From Candidatus Omnitrophota bacterium (GTDB lineage Bacteria > Omnitrophota > Gorgyraeia > Gygaellales > Profunditerraquicolaceae), in contig JAKLGJ010000002.1 in assembly GCA_022710715.1 (NCBI GenBank), positions 437,453 to 501,452 of the forward strand: a DNA stretch of 64,000 nt, given 5' to 3'. Below the pieces are notes generated by a model that saw only the letters and a program-made list of their open reading frames with translations, was not told the DNA's origin and did not search any database. Shown one piece after another: positions 1 to 8,589 of this stretch. How positions within the stretch are numbered: position 1 is the first letter of the stretch; each line of letters begins with the position of its first letter. The position numbers were made by a program, and so were the translations under genes.

Positions 1-467
1 ATCAGTGGCAGGAAAACGGGATCAAGGCGAAAGAATATTACGCGGTTGTTCTCTCCAAAGCCGGCGCAGAGTATAAAGACATCGCCGCGCTTGCCGCTGT
101 CCGCGCAGCCGAAGTGGAGTCGAACAAATACATGGAATATAACCTGCGCACGTTTCTGGATCTGGCTTTGAAAGAGGAGAATGCCCAGTTTACCATGAGC
201 AGGGCCCAGATCCAGCCGGCAGCCTACCGGGCAAAGGTCGATTCGCCGGTGACGGTAACCGCGTCGGCAACGGCGCCGGAGAGCGGCTGCATGCAGGTGC
301 AGATGGATTATTTCTGGACCGGAGACGTCGGAACTGAAGCCGGCGCTTCCCAGCAGCCGGAACAGACTCTGACTTTTTCTTCTCCGGGCACAAAGATCAT
401 CGGGCTGGTGGTGGCTACGCCTGCAGCCGTGGTGGACCGGGCATTCGATTTCATCGATGTCGAATGA
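1..467 (+). CDS. hypothetical protein, 5'-truncated at the window edge (reading frame open from nt 3; ORF tool start at GTG 114)
   Basis: Frame is open from the window start to the stop at 467. No recognisable domain. A strong terminator follows. Confidence 0.45.
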   Translation, partial: QWQENGIKAKEYYAVVLSKAGAEYKDIAALAAVRAAEVESNKYMEYNLRTFLDLALKEENAQFTMSRAQIQPAAYRAKVDSPVTVTASATAPESGCMQVQMDYFWTGDVGTEAGASQQPEQTLTFSSPGTKIIGLVVATPAAVVDRAFDFIDVE

Positions 468-499
468 CGCCGGTTGCCGTCGCCCGGTGGAAGCGACGA

Positions 500-538
500 A
501 GAACCTCTTATCTCATGAGATAAGAGGTTCTTTTTTTT
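500..538 (+). terminator. rho-independent terminator
   Basis: Perfect hairpin GAACCTCTTATCTCA/TGAGATAAGAGGTTC followed by T8. Confidence 0.8.
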
Positions 539-628
539 GACGTTTCTTCCTTCAGGCGGGAGTCCCGGATGTCGATACGCTACTATGATACTACCTGTCC
601 TTACTTCACTTAAAAAGGAGTTTTAAGT

Positions 629-1456
629 ATGAGACCATACGTTCTTTGTGCGCTGCTGTCTGTTGTTTTTCTGTGCAGCGCTTATGCGCAGGAGCTTCCG
701 GCCAGAAAACACAACTGGGAATTAGCGGATGAACTGTCCGTGATCACCTATAAAGAGCCGGGTATCATGAAAGAAGAAGGATGGTTGAACGGTATCGCCT
801 ACGGATATGCCTATCGCGGATGGCTCCCTTTTATCGGCGAGCCGCAGCCGCAGCGCTATTCTCTGCGGCTGGAAGGTCGCAATAGCGTCGGTCAGGTCGA
901 TTACAGCGGTTCGGGAACGCTCAAGGATATAGACGATTACCTGTTCGAACTGCGGGGCACGGCCGGATATGATTTCTTTATCCGCGCGCAGCGGTCCATG
1001 ACCGTATACGCGGGTTTCGGATACCGCTACCTTAACGACGATATGGACGGCCGCAGGACGTCAACCGGTCACTACGGTTATATGCGTGAGTCGAAATATT
1101 ATTACAGCCCGCTGGGAGTGGAGATCAGCGATGCGCTTAAAGGGGACTGGCGGATAAAAGCCCGGCTGGAATACGACTATTTCTGGAGCGGCAGGCAGAT
1201 CAGCCATTTAAGCGACGTGCCGGGATACGCCGACGTGAAGAACAAGCAGAACAAAGGGTATGGCCTGCGCAGCAGCGTGGCGTTCATGTACCGGATGAAA
1301 GAATACGATCTGGTGATCGAACCCTACGTGCGTTACTGGAATATCAAACGCTCGAAGGAGTCCGAGATCATCTATAACGGTTTCATCACCAGCACCGGCA
1401 TCGAGCCGAAAAATAATTCCCGCGAGATCGGTTTGAAGGTGGCGGCGTATTTTTAA
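629..1456 (+). CDS. predicted outer-membrane beta-barrel protein (signal peptide, C-terminal aromatic residue)
   Basis: N-terminal signal MRPYVLCALLSVVFLCSAYAQE. Alternating amphipathic strands rich in Y/G. C-terminal ...KVAAYF. RBS AAAAGGAG upstream. Confidence 0.55.
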   Translation: MRPYVLCALLSVVFLCSAYAQELPARKHNWELADELSVITYKEPGIMKEEGWLNGIAYGYAYRGWLPFIGEPQPQRYSLRLEGRNSVGQVDYSGSGTLKDIDDYLFELRGTAGYDFFIRAQRSMTVYAGFGYRYLNDDMDGRRTSTGHYGYMRESKYYYSPLGVEISDALKGDWRIKARLEYDYFWSGRQISHLSDVPGYADVKNKQNKGYGLRSSVAFMYRMKEYDLVIEPYVRYWNIKRSKESEIIYNGFITSTGIEPKNNSREIGLKVAAYF

Positions 1457-1470
1457 AGCAGGAGGGCAGG

Positions 1471-2034
1471 ATGAAAAGAGGGTTTACTCTTGTCGAGCTC
1501 ATTGTGGTCATCGCCATCATCGCTATCCTGGCTGCAGTTATCGCTCCCAATGCTTTCAAAGCGATCGAAAAGGCGAAAGTCAGCACCGCGCTGGCGGATT
1601 TCAAGACATTTCGCACTGCGAGTTACGCGTTTTATTCCGACGTGGGAGACTGGCCCAAGGGCTGGAGCAGGGATGCCTATTTCCAATGCGATCCGGACGT
1701 GGGCCATGTGACCAACGTGAACAACTGGGCCGGCTGGGACGGTCCGTACATGGAAAAGATCAAGAGGGTCGATCCCTGGGCCGGGGCATACTGTTTTGAA
1801 TATTTCGACGTGGACGCGAGCGGCCGGCAGGAGTATTTCATCGAGTTTAACACCAAGTGCCATCCTCATGACGGAGCGCACACCAAACAATGTCCGGTTC
1901 CGGTCGGCAGCGCGCAGTTGATCGATGCCAGCGCGGACGACGGCAATCTGTCTACGGGGGCAGTGCGCCGGGGATCGCTCTACTGCGGGGACAGCGGCTG
2001 TCTGGCCTGGGTGATCGTGAAGGATGTTTTGTAA
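1471..2034 (+). CDS. prepilin-type N-terminal cleavage/methylation domain protein (type IV pilin / pseudopilin-like)
   Basis: N-terminus MKRGFTLVELIVVIAIIAILAAV is the canonical class III signal (G|FTLVE). RBS GGAGGG. Confidence 0.75.
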   Translation: MKRGFTLVELIVVIAIIAILAAVIAPNAFKAIEKAKVSTALADFKTFRTASYAFYSDVGDWPKGWSRDAYFQCDPDVGHVTNVNNWAGWDGPYMEKIKRVDPWAGAYCFEYFDVDASGRQEYFIEFNTKCHPHDGAHTKQCPVPVGSAQLIDASADDGNLSTGAVRRGSLYCGDSGCLAWVIVKDVL

Positions 2035-2067
2035 GCCGGCAGCCCGATGGGCAGCCGGTGAGAGAAC

Positions 2068-2102
2068 AAAAAAGCGAAGGTTTTTACGCCTTCGCTTTTT
2101 TG
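2068..2102. terminator. bidirectional rho-independent terminator between the pilin-like gene and the tRNA-fMet 3' end
   Basis: AAAGCGAAGG-TTTTTAC-GCCTTCGCTTTTTTG hairpin with a T-run on the plus strand and an A-run/T-run on the minus strand. Confidence 0.7.
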
Positions 2103-2149
2103 TTATTGGTTGCGGGGGATAGATTTGAACTATCGGCCTTCAGGTTATG

Positions 2150-2785
2150 CGTACTACTTCAGTTTTCACTGAACTGTCTAAATAGACAGTTATGTAGTCT
2201 GGACTATACCTTGACCTTTTGTGTAGGCCCCTGCCATCTAGTCTCTACACCTTCACCATACAGTTTTGCTATGGCGCTTGGCTCGGTATTACCGTGGTCT
2301 CTCAACTTTAGGCTTCACCGAATTTGGCAGGTTATCCATCAACCGTTTCCGGTTGAGGAGCCCATCGGATAACAAATCCCATCGTTCCCTGTAGTCTGCA
2401 GAAATCGGTTTGCGTTGTCTCTTGATTTTTTCAACAAGCGTAACTGTGCTCGTAAAGCCAAGAAAAACGTTCACCGGCATAACGTAGAAGACATGCAAGG
2501 GTTCGATAAACAGAATTGCGAAATCGAAATCTGTTTCTTTATAGCGTTCCCGCAACATGCATCGTCGATTCGTCTTGGTCCTTCTAACATCGATGCAATA
2601 AGCATTTGCCTGAGTATTGAACCAAGCGCTTTTGACTTGAATGCGCAACAGTTTGCCGTTGAGATCGATGGCAACATCATAGGGGAGACGGTCCCCGATA
2701 GGATGCAGCACCGAAAATTCTCGTTTCAGCAATTCTGTAATGACCGCTGATTCCGCAATATCTGCTTTGAGTTTTGTATCCATTG
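2150..2785 (-). mobile_element. group I intron inserted in the anticodon loop of tRNA-fMet (junction ambiguous within a 2-nt CA repeat; U33|C34 is favoured by 5'-exon U and intron terminal G)
   Basis: The minus-strand intron 3' region contains an R-like element GAGACUAGAUGG (2245..2234) and an S-like element AAGGUAUAGUCC (2212..2201), giving a P7 pairing GACUA/UAGUC. There is a GNRA-capped P9-like hairpin CAGUGAAAACUG, and the intron ends in ...GUACG immediately before the exon. Its GC content is lower than the flanking genes. Confidence 0.75.
2289..2783 (-). CDS. intron-encoded putative homing endonuclease, PD-(D/E)XK-like (about 164 aa)
   Basis: ATG lies immediately after the exon (MDTKLKADIAESAVITELLKREF...). 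Motif ...PYDVAIDLNGKLLRIQVKS is compatible with a D...(D/E)xK nuclease core. The ORF tool's N-terminal MEQSGSSSGS is translated tRNA exon. The tRNA-fMet intron of Synechocystis is known to encode a PD-(D/E)XK homing endonuclease (I-Ssp6803I). Similarity to it cannot be verified here. Confidence 0.55.
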   Translation of the reverse strand: MDTKLKADIAESAVITELLKREFSVLHPIGDRLPYDVAIDLNGKLLRIQVKSAWFNTQANAYCIDVRRTKTNRRCMLRERYKETDFDFAILFIEPLHVFYVMPVNVFLGFTSTVTLVEKIKRQRKPISADYRERWDLLSDGLLNRKRLMDNLPNSVKPKVERPR

Positions 2786-2902
2786 AGCCTGACGAGCTAC
2801 CAGACTGCTCCACCCCGCGAATCTAGTGCTGGTTAAGCTGCTTCTCTGAAAGAACAATACACATTATTGTAACGCAAAATCGCTAAAAACAAAGTACTTT
2901 TT

Positions 2903-3184
2903 CTATTCTTTTTCCTCGGTGATGATCTTTACCGGGATCTCGTCTTTGCGGACCACGCCCATCTTTTCGCGCAAAACCTTTTCCTGATAGAGGGCGTCTT
3001 TTTCCAGCCGTTCCAGCTCGGTTTGCAACAATTTGTTCTCGATGGCCAGTCTGCGGTTTTTCTCCGCGATATCCCGGTTCTTATCCCGCAATTCCTGGAT
3101 CTTGGTGTATCCCGGCAGAAAGAGCGCCAGCAGCAGGATAACGCTCACCAGAGGCCAGACGAATTGTCGGACGAGCTTGATCAT
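2903..3184 (-). CDS. ftsB: septum formation initiator FtsB/DivIC-like protein
   Basis: 93 aa, with a single N-terminal TM (MIKLVRQFVWPLVSVILLLALFL) followed by a coiled coil (ELRDKNRDIAEKNRRLAIENKLLQTELERLEK). Starts 2 nt after the eno stop. The ORF tool's longer N-terminus overlaps eno and is rejected. Confidence 0.6.
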   Translation of the reverse strand: MIKLVRQFVWPLVSVILLLALFLPGYTKIQELRDKNRDIAEKNRRLAIENKLLQTELERLEKDALYQEKVLREKMGVVRKDEIPVKIITEEKE

Positions 3185-3185
3185 C

Positions 3186-4451
3186 TTATTTTTTCCAGAG
3201 GGTGCCGGCGTATACTGCCTGCGCGCCCAGTTCTTCTTCAATGCGCAGCAACTCGTTGTATTTGCAGATGCGGTCGGTGCGCGAGAGAGAGCCGGTTTTG
3301 ATCTGTCCGCAGCCGCAGGCGACCGCCAGATGCGCGATGGTGGTGTCTTCCGTCTCGCCGGACCGGTGCGAGATGATCGCGTTGTATTTGTTTTTCTGCG
3401 CCAGGGCAATGGTATCCAGGGTTTCCGATAATGAACCGATCTGGTTGACCTTGACCAGGATAGCGTTGGCGCACTTTTCGTCTATTCCCCGTTTCAGGAA
3501 TTTGGTGTTGGTCACGAAGAGATCGTCGCCGACCAGCTGCGTTTTGCCGCCGATAGCTGCGGTCATCTTTTTCCATCCCTCCCAGTCGAATTCGGAAAGC
3601 CCGTCCTCAATGGAGACCAGGGGGTATTTCTTCAGCCAGCTGTCGTAGATGGCGATCAGGTCGTCGGATTTTTTCTGCGACTGTTCGAAGGTGTATACGC
3701 CGTTTTTGCAGAATGAGCTTGAAGCGCAGTCCAGGGCGATAAAGACGTCTTTGCCCGCTTTATACCCGGCTTTTTCGATGGCCTGAATGATCAGGGTCAG
3801 GGCTTCCTCGTTAGCTTTGAGGTTCGGGGCGAACCCGCCTTCATCGCCTACCGAAGTGGAGAGGCCTTTGGATTTAAGAATGGCTTTGAGATTGTGGAAT
3901 ACTTCGACGGCGTAGCGCATCGCCTCGGAGAAAGTGGGCGCGCCGATAGGCATGATCATGAATTCCTGGATATCCAGGTTGTTGTCGGCATGCATCCCGC
4001 CGTTGAGGATGTTCATTAAAGGAACAGGCAGGATTGTAGCCTTGCCGCCGCCCAAAAAGCGGTAGAGCGGTTCCCTGGCGTTGATGCTTGCGGCGTGCGC
4101 GACCGCCATGGAAACCCCGAGTATGGCGTTGGCGCCGAGCTTGCTCTTATTCTCCGTGCCGTCCAGATCCAGCATGAGCTTATCGATGCTCTTGAAATCC
4201 GGCTCGAGCCCTGCAACGCGGGGGGCGATGGCAGTATTGACGTTGGCCACGGCCTTGGTCACGGCTTTGCCCATATATTTCGATTTATCTCCGTCGCGCA
4301 GTTCCAGGGCTTCATATTCGCCGGTGGAAGCGCCGGAAGGCACAGCCGCTCTGCCCAGGATGCCGTTATCCAGGAGAATATCCACTTCTACCGTGGGATT
4401 GCCGCGTGAATCGAGAATTTGACGCGCGATAACTTTTTTGATCTTAACCAT
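3186..4451 (-). CDS. eno: enolase (phosphopyruvate hydratase)
   Basis: 421 aa. [24 protein letters not shown]..., [14 protein letters not shown], and the canonical enolase signature throughout. Confidence 0.95.
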   Translation of the reverse strand: MVKIKKVIARQILDSRGNPTVEVDILLDNGILGRAAVPSGASTGEYEALELRDGDKSKYMGKAVTKAVANVNTAIAPRVAGLEPDFKSIDKLMLDLDGTENKSKLGANAILGVSMAVAHAASINAREPLYRFLGGGKATILPVPLMNILNGGMHADNNLDIQEFMIMPIGAPTFSEAMRYAVEVFHNLKAILKSKGLSTSVGDEGGFAPNLKANEEALTLIIQAIEKAGYKAGKDVFIALDCASSSFCKNGVYTFEQSQKKSDDLIAIYDSWLKKYPLVSIEDGLSEFDWEGWKKMTAAIGGKTQLVGDDLFVTNTKFLKRGIDEKCANAILVKVNQIGSLSETLDTIALAQKNKYNAIISHRSGETEDTTIAHLAVACGCGQIKTGSLSRTDRICKYNELLRIEEELGAQAVYAGTLWKK

Positions 4452-4523
4452 GGGAACTCCTTTTTTATAAGGTGAAGTGCAGGGAAACCGCTCAAAAGGC
4501 GGGAAAAAACCGACTGTTTATCC

Positions 4524-4551
4524 ATTATACCTTTAAAAAAACCGCGGTCAA
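4524..4551 (-). promoter_or_regulatory. candidate sigma-70 promoter for eno (TTGACC-16-TATAAT on the minus strand)
   Basis: Minus strand reads TTGACCgcggtttttttaaaggTATAAT about 75 nt upstream of the eno ATG. Confidence 0.45.
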
Positions 4552-4657
4552 GCAAAGATTTTGCCGGAATAGAGGGTTGACCGGCGCGCAGAGAGCCAAG
4601 AAAGTATTGACTTCGCCGTTACGGTATGCTATCTTGATACACAACAAAGGAGAGTCC

Positions 4658-6340
4658 ATGTTGAAGCTGAATCCTAAAGTCATCCGCTTTTATATCAAAT
4701 TATACTGGGTCAGAGCCGTAGTTATTGCCATTCTGGCGGCATTAGTCTTCTCTCTGGTGGTGGTAGTGACGAACGGCATGAAGGCCTGGAACGAAGCCGA
4801 ACCGTATCTGCGCCAGTCCCAGATGGCGATGATCCCCCTGCAATTCTATATGCAGGTGATCATGTCCCTGATATTCGGCGTTACCTATACGTTTATGTGG
4901 TACTGGCTCTTTATGAAACAGGGCGCTTCTTCCTTTAGCCAGACCTCCAAGAAAGCTATTTCCGGTAAAGAGATCAATGTGCACTGGGATGACGTGATCG
5001 GCATGGATGAAGCCAAAGAAGAGGCCATGGAGCTGGTGAAACTGATCAAGGACCGCACCGAGGTCAAGAAGATCGGTGGACGTATCCTGCGCGGCTTGCT
5101 GATGTTAGGGCCTCCGGGCTGCGGTAAGACTTATCTGGCTAAAGCCATCTCCACGGAAGCCGGTTTGCCCTTTATCTCCATGTCCGGATCCGAATTCATC
5201 GAGATGTTCGTGGGCGTGGGCGCCGGCCGGGTGCGCAGTTTGTTCAAGCGGGCGCGCATGCTGGCGGACCTGAAAGGCGGCTGCATCATTTTTATCGATG
5301 AAGTCGATGCGGTTGGCGGACAGCGGGTTCAGGAAAAAGGTTTAGGCGGACAGCGGGAGGCCAATACGACCGTGAATCAATTGCTGGTGGAAATGGACGG
5401 GTTAAAGGACAAGGACGCCAATATCGTGGTTATCGGCGCCACTAACGCTCCGGAGAATTTCCTCGACCGGGCGCTGCTGCGTCCGGGCCGGTTCGACCGC
5501 AAGATCTATGTGGATAAACCTAATCTGGAAGATCGGGAGAAACTCCTGGGGTATTATCTGAAAGAAGTGAAATTCGATACGGAGAGCGTAAAAATCGACC
5601 GACTGGCCCGGATCACCGTGGGATCCAGTCCCGCGGATATCGCCAATCTTATCCGGGAATCCGCGCTTATCGCTATCCGTAACCGCAAAGAACTGGTAGG
5701 CATGAAGGAGATCGATGAAGCCCGGGAGCGTATCGCTCTGGGCATCAAGCGGCGCATCCGCCTGCGCGAAGAAGAAAAATGGCAGACGGCTTATCATGAA
5801 GCGGGCCATGCGATCATCACCTATCTGCTGGTGCCTACGCAGGACGTTTTCAAGATCACCATTACGCCGCGCGGTTATACCGGCGGCGTGACCTGGACTC
5901 CGGAACGCGAGGAGATATTTATCCACGACCAGCATAAGCTTCTCGGCAGGATCAAAACCTGCCTGGGCGCTTACGCCGCGGAAAAGATCAAATACGGCTT
6001 TACTACCGCCGGGGTGGACAGCGATTTTGCCGCTGCTCTATCCACCGCCCATCGCATGGTCTGGCGCTGGGGCATGGGCAAGTCCGGTTACATCGGGAAC
6101 TTCCATGCGGTCGACTCGCTCTCCTGGACGGAAGTGGCGATTTCCGACGTGATGAAAGCCAAACTCGACGAGGACACCCAGCAGATCCTGCAGACCTGCA
6201 TGAAAGAAGTCATGGAATTGCTTAAACAGGAAGAGCCGCTGCTTGACCGCCTGGCCAAGGAGCTTGTCGCCAAACAAGAGCTTAATTATGATGAGATCGA
6301 AGCGATTTTCAAGGAATTCGGCAAAGCTCGTCCTGTGTAA
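4658..6340 (+). CDS. ftsH: ATP-dependent zinc metalloprotease FtsH family
   Basis: Two N-terminal TMs, Walker A GPPGCGKT, Walker B IIFIDEVDA, SRH ATNAPENFLDRALLRPGRFDR, zinc site HEAGHA. Start chosen at the ATG with RBS AAAGGAGAG (the ORF tool start at 4472 is upstream of the RBS). Confidence 0.8.
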   Translation: MLKLNPKVIRFYIKLYWVRAVVIAILAALVFSLVVVVTNGMKAWNEAEPYLRQSQMAMIPLQFYMQVIMSLIFGVTYTFMWYWLFMKQGASSFSQTSKKAISGKEINVHWDDVIGMDEAKEEAMELVKLIKDRTEVKKIGGRILRGLLMLGPPGCGKTYLAKAISTEAGLPFISMSGSEFIEMFVGVGAGRVRSLFKRARMLADLKGGCIIFIDEVDAVGGQRVQEKGLGGQREANTTVNQLLVEMDGLKDKDANIVVIGATNAPENFLDRALLRPGRFDRKIYVDKPNLEDREKLLGYYLKEVKFDTESVKIDRLARITVGSSPADIANLIRESALIAIRNRKELVGMKEIDEARERIALGIKRRIRLREEEKWQTAYHEAGHAIITYLLVPTQDVFKITITPRGYTGGVTWTPEREEIFIHDQHKLLGRIKTCLGAYAAEKIKYGFTTAGVDSDFAAALSTAHRMVWRWGMGKSGYIGNFHAVDSLSWTEVAISDVMKAKLDEDTQQILQTCMKEVMELLKQEEPLLDRLAKELVAKQELNYDEIEAIFKEFGKARPV

Positions 6341-7175
6341 TTGCTTCCTGCTGGCGCTGGCGGTATCGGGTTGCTCTTCTTCGCCCACGCCCACCTTCAC
6401 TAAAGCTACGGTTGAAGAGGCGGTGCCCCGCTTGTTGAAGAACGAATACAAGCAGGACGCTACCGCTAAACTTGTCGGCGCCACCCTCTGGGTCTATGTT
6501 CCGGTCGAGGATATGTTCGAACGGCCCAAGGCTCCCGAAAAATATTCCACCAAATTCCTGATCGAGAAGAACGCCAGTGTCGTTGAAGCGCATACCCTGC
6601 AGAGCCAGTTCCAGATCAAAGCTATCCCGGAAAAAGAGAAAGAGCAGGAGTGGGTTATCCGCAGGCAGGTCTCCGAACAGATCGGCAATGCCTGGAAAGT
6701 CATCCGCCGGGTGATCTTCAGCATGCATCCTGCCGAGCGGGACGCGATCAAATTCCTCATGCTGGTCATCGCGGATATCAAGAACGGCATCGAGATCAAA
6801 GAAATGTTCTATTACCTCGATCTGAAAAAAGTCTCCTACAGCATGATCTCCATCCAGGAATACCAGCATCGCATCGTGCAGGATTCAGGCGTAGTGCTGG
6901 GAGCGCTCAAAGACAGGAAAGGCAAGCATCTGCGTTACCGCGAGATACTCATGCCTGAATTTATCTCCCGGCAGATCGAATACCGGATTAATTTGAAATT
7001 CCAGAAGCCGGAAGTCGAGCAAAACGCGGATATCGATAAGGAAGTCAGAAAGATAGTGGTGGAAACGCTGCGGATTTACGGGATCAGGGATATTACGGAT
7101 GTACAGATCGAAAATCTTATTTCCAACGAGCGAATGGTTTTAACCGCGCAGGATATCTGGGGATCGATGCGTTAA
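6288..7175 (+). CDS. predicted lipoprotein, function unknown
   Basis: MMRSKRFSRNSAKLVLCNCFLLALAVSGCSSS has the lipobox AVSGC. The start overlaps the ftsH 3' end by about 50 nt in another frame. The start codon is uncertain (6288/6291). Confidence 0.5.
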   Translation: MMRSKRFSRNSAKLVLCNCFLLALAVSGCSSSPTPTFTKATVEEAVPRLLKNEYKQDATAKLVGATLWVYVPVEDMFERPKAPEKYSTKFLIEKNASVVEAHTLQSQFQIKAIPEKEKEQEWVIRRQVSEQIGNAWKVIRRVIFSMHPAERDAIKFLMLVIADIKNGIEIKEMFYYLDLKKVSYSMISIQEYQHRIVQDSGVVLGALKDRKGKHLRYREILMPEFISRQIEYRINLKFQKPEVEQNADIDKEVRKIVVETLRIYGIRDITDVQIENLISNERMVLTAQDIWGSMR

Positions 7176-7780
7176 CTGCGCGGCTTCAACGTCCTGCCTG
7201 CAACTTTCACTTTTCCTTCCAGACATAAGCGTACCGCCCGGGGATAGAGCCGGTGCTCGACTTGATGGATGCGTTTTTCCAGCGAGGCGAGAGTATCGGC
7301 GGGTTTGATCGGTACCGCTTCCTGCAGGATGATCGGCCCGTGGTCCACTTCTTCATCGACAACATGCACGGTTACGCCGGTAATTTTCACTCCGTAATGA
7401 AATGCGTCCGCGATGGCGTGCGCGCCCTTGAACGCCGGCAGTAATGCCGGATGAATGTTGATGATCTTCCCGCGGAAAGCGTTGACCAGCAACGGGGAAA
7501 GCACGCGCATGAATCCGGCTAAAACGATCAGCTTGATGTCGGCCGCTTTGAGGTAGCGGATGACCGCTTCTTCGAAAGCGCGGCGGCTGGCGAAAGCCGG
7601 CCGTTCCACCAGCAGCGTTTCGATACCGGCTTTACGGGCTTTTTCCAGAACCGGGGCGTGGGGGTTATCGCAGACCAGCAGACTGATGCGACAGTCGAGC
7701 CGGCGTTGTTTTACCGCTTTCACCAGCGCGACAAAATTGCTCCCATTCCCAGAGGCGAAGATCGCGATATTTTTTTTCAT
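7172..7780 (-). CDS. purN: phosphoribosylglycinamide formyltransferase
   Basis: MKKNIAIFASGNGSNF..., INIHPALLPAFKG, HVVDEEVDHGPII. The ATG overlaps the rnfB stop (ATGA). Confidence 0.85.
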   Translation of the reverse strand: MKKNIAIFASGNGSNFVALVKAVKQRRLDCRISLLVCDNPHAPVLEKARKAGIETLLVERPAFASRRAFEEAVIRYLKAADIKLIVLAGFMRVLSPLLVNAFRGKIINIHPALLPAFKGAHAIADAFHYGVKITGVTVHVVDEEVDHGPIILQEAVPIKPADTLASLEKRIHQVEHRLYPRAVRLCLEGKVKVAGRTLKPRS

Positions 7781-8586
7781 CGTTGGGCCTTTTCTTCCGG
7801 CAGACGCAGTTGAATGGTTTTCATCGGACAGGCCTTTACGCAGGCTTTGCAGGAAGTGCATTTATGGTAGTCGATCACCGCGAGGTTGTCGATCACATGG
7901 ATAGCGTCGAAGGTGCACGCTTTCTCGCAGAGTCTGCAGGCGATACAGCCTACCGGGCAGGTCGCTCTGGTGTCCTTTCCCGGATCATGAGAGGCGCAGC
8001 CGATGTATACCGGGTGCGTATGCGGAATGAGGGTAAAGAGTTTCTTCGGGCAGGCCTGCACGCATTTGTTGCAGGCTTTGCATTTGTGCGGGTCGATCAC
8101 CGGCAGGTTCTGATCGGACATGGTGATCGCGCCGAAAGGGCAGATCCGCGCGCAGGTGCCCAGGCCGATACAGCCGAAAATACATTCTTTGGGTCCGCCC
8201 AGGCAGGTATTGGCGGCCGGGCAATCGCGGGTGCCGTCATAGAGGAATTTATCTTTTACTTTTGTGCCGCCGTTACAATGCAGCGCGGCTATGGTTTTGA
8301 TCTTTCTGGAAAAACTCTGGCCCAGGATCCGGGCAATGGCTTCTTTGTTGGCGTCGCTGGCTGCGCGGCAGGCGTCCGGGGTTCTTTTACCGGACAACAC
8401 TTCCTCGGCAAACCCGAAACATCCCGCGCCGCCGCAGGCGCCGCAGTTGGCTCCCGGGAGCAGCCCGTGTATTTTTTCCAGCCGGGGATCGATCTGGACC
8501 GCGAACTTCTTCGCGGCAACAGCCAGCCCCGCGCCGAAAAGTATCCCCAGTGTCGCCAGTGTTAGAACCGGAATAAGTATGTCCAT
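7777..8586 (-). CDS. rnfB: Rnf electron transport complex subunit B (Fe-S)
   Basis: N-terminal TM followed by multiple CxxCxxCxxxCP ferredoxin motifs. Position is at the end of the rnf cluster. Confidence 0.85.
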   Translation of the reverse strand: MDILIPVLTLATLGILFGAGLAVAAKKFAVQIDPRLEKIHGLLPGANCGACGGAGCFGFAEEVLSGKRTPDACRAASDANKEAIARILGQSFSRKIKTIAALHCNGGTKVKDKFLYDGTRDCPAANTCLGGPKECIFGCIGLGTCARICPFGAITMSDQNLPVIDPHKCKACNKCVQACPKKLFTLIPHTHPVYIGCASHDPGKDTRATCPVGCIACRLCEKACTFDAIHVIDNLAVIDYHKCTSCKACVKACPMKTIQLRLPEEKAQR

Positions 8587-8589
8587 AGT

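Larger units (their letters stand above)
2107..2819 (-). tRNA. initiator tRNA-fMet (anticodon CAU) interrupted by a group I intron; exon 1 = 2819..2786, exon 2 = 2149..2107 (CCA encoded)
   Basis: Minus-strand exon 1 reads CGCGGGGTGGAGCAGTCTGGTAGCTCGTCAGGCT. Exon 2 reads CATAACCTGAAGGCCGATAGTTCAAATCTATCCCCCGCAACCA. Joined, they give a 77-nt tRNA near-identical to E. coli tRNA-fMet, with the C1:A72 mismatch, T-loop TTCAAAT and anticodon loop CUCAUAA. Confidence 0.85.

Noticed and set aside
2100-2420. tmRNA (ssrA): the 3' end ...GGUUCAAAUC...CCCGCAACCA looked like a tmRNA tRNA-like domain
   Set aside because: No plausible tag-peptide reading frame ending in a hydrophobic ...AA tail. Instead the matching 5' half of a canonical tRNA-fMet was found 640 nt away on the same strand. 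The intervening sequence has group I intron core motifs.
4472-4657. ORF-tool N-terminal extension of ftsH (start at 4472)
   Set aside because: The extension ([16 protein letters not shown]…) is unlike FtsH N-termini and lacks an RBS. A strong RBS (AAAGGAGAG) precedes the ATG at 4658, which begins the typical two-TM FtsH N-terminus.
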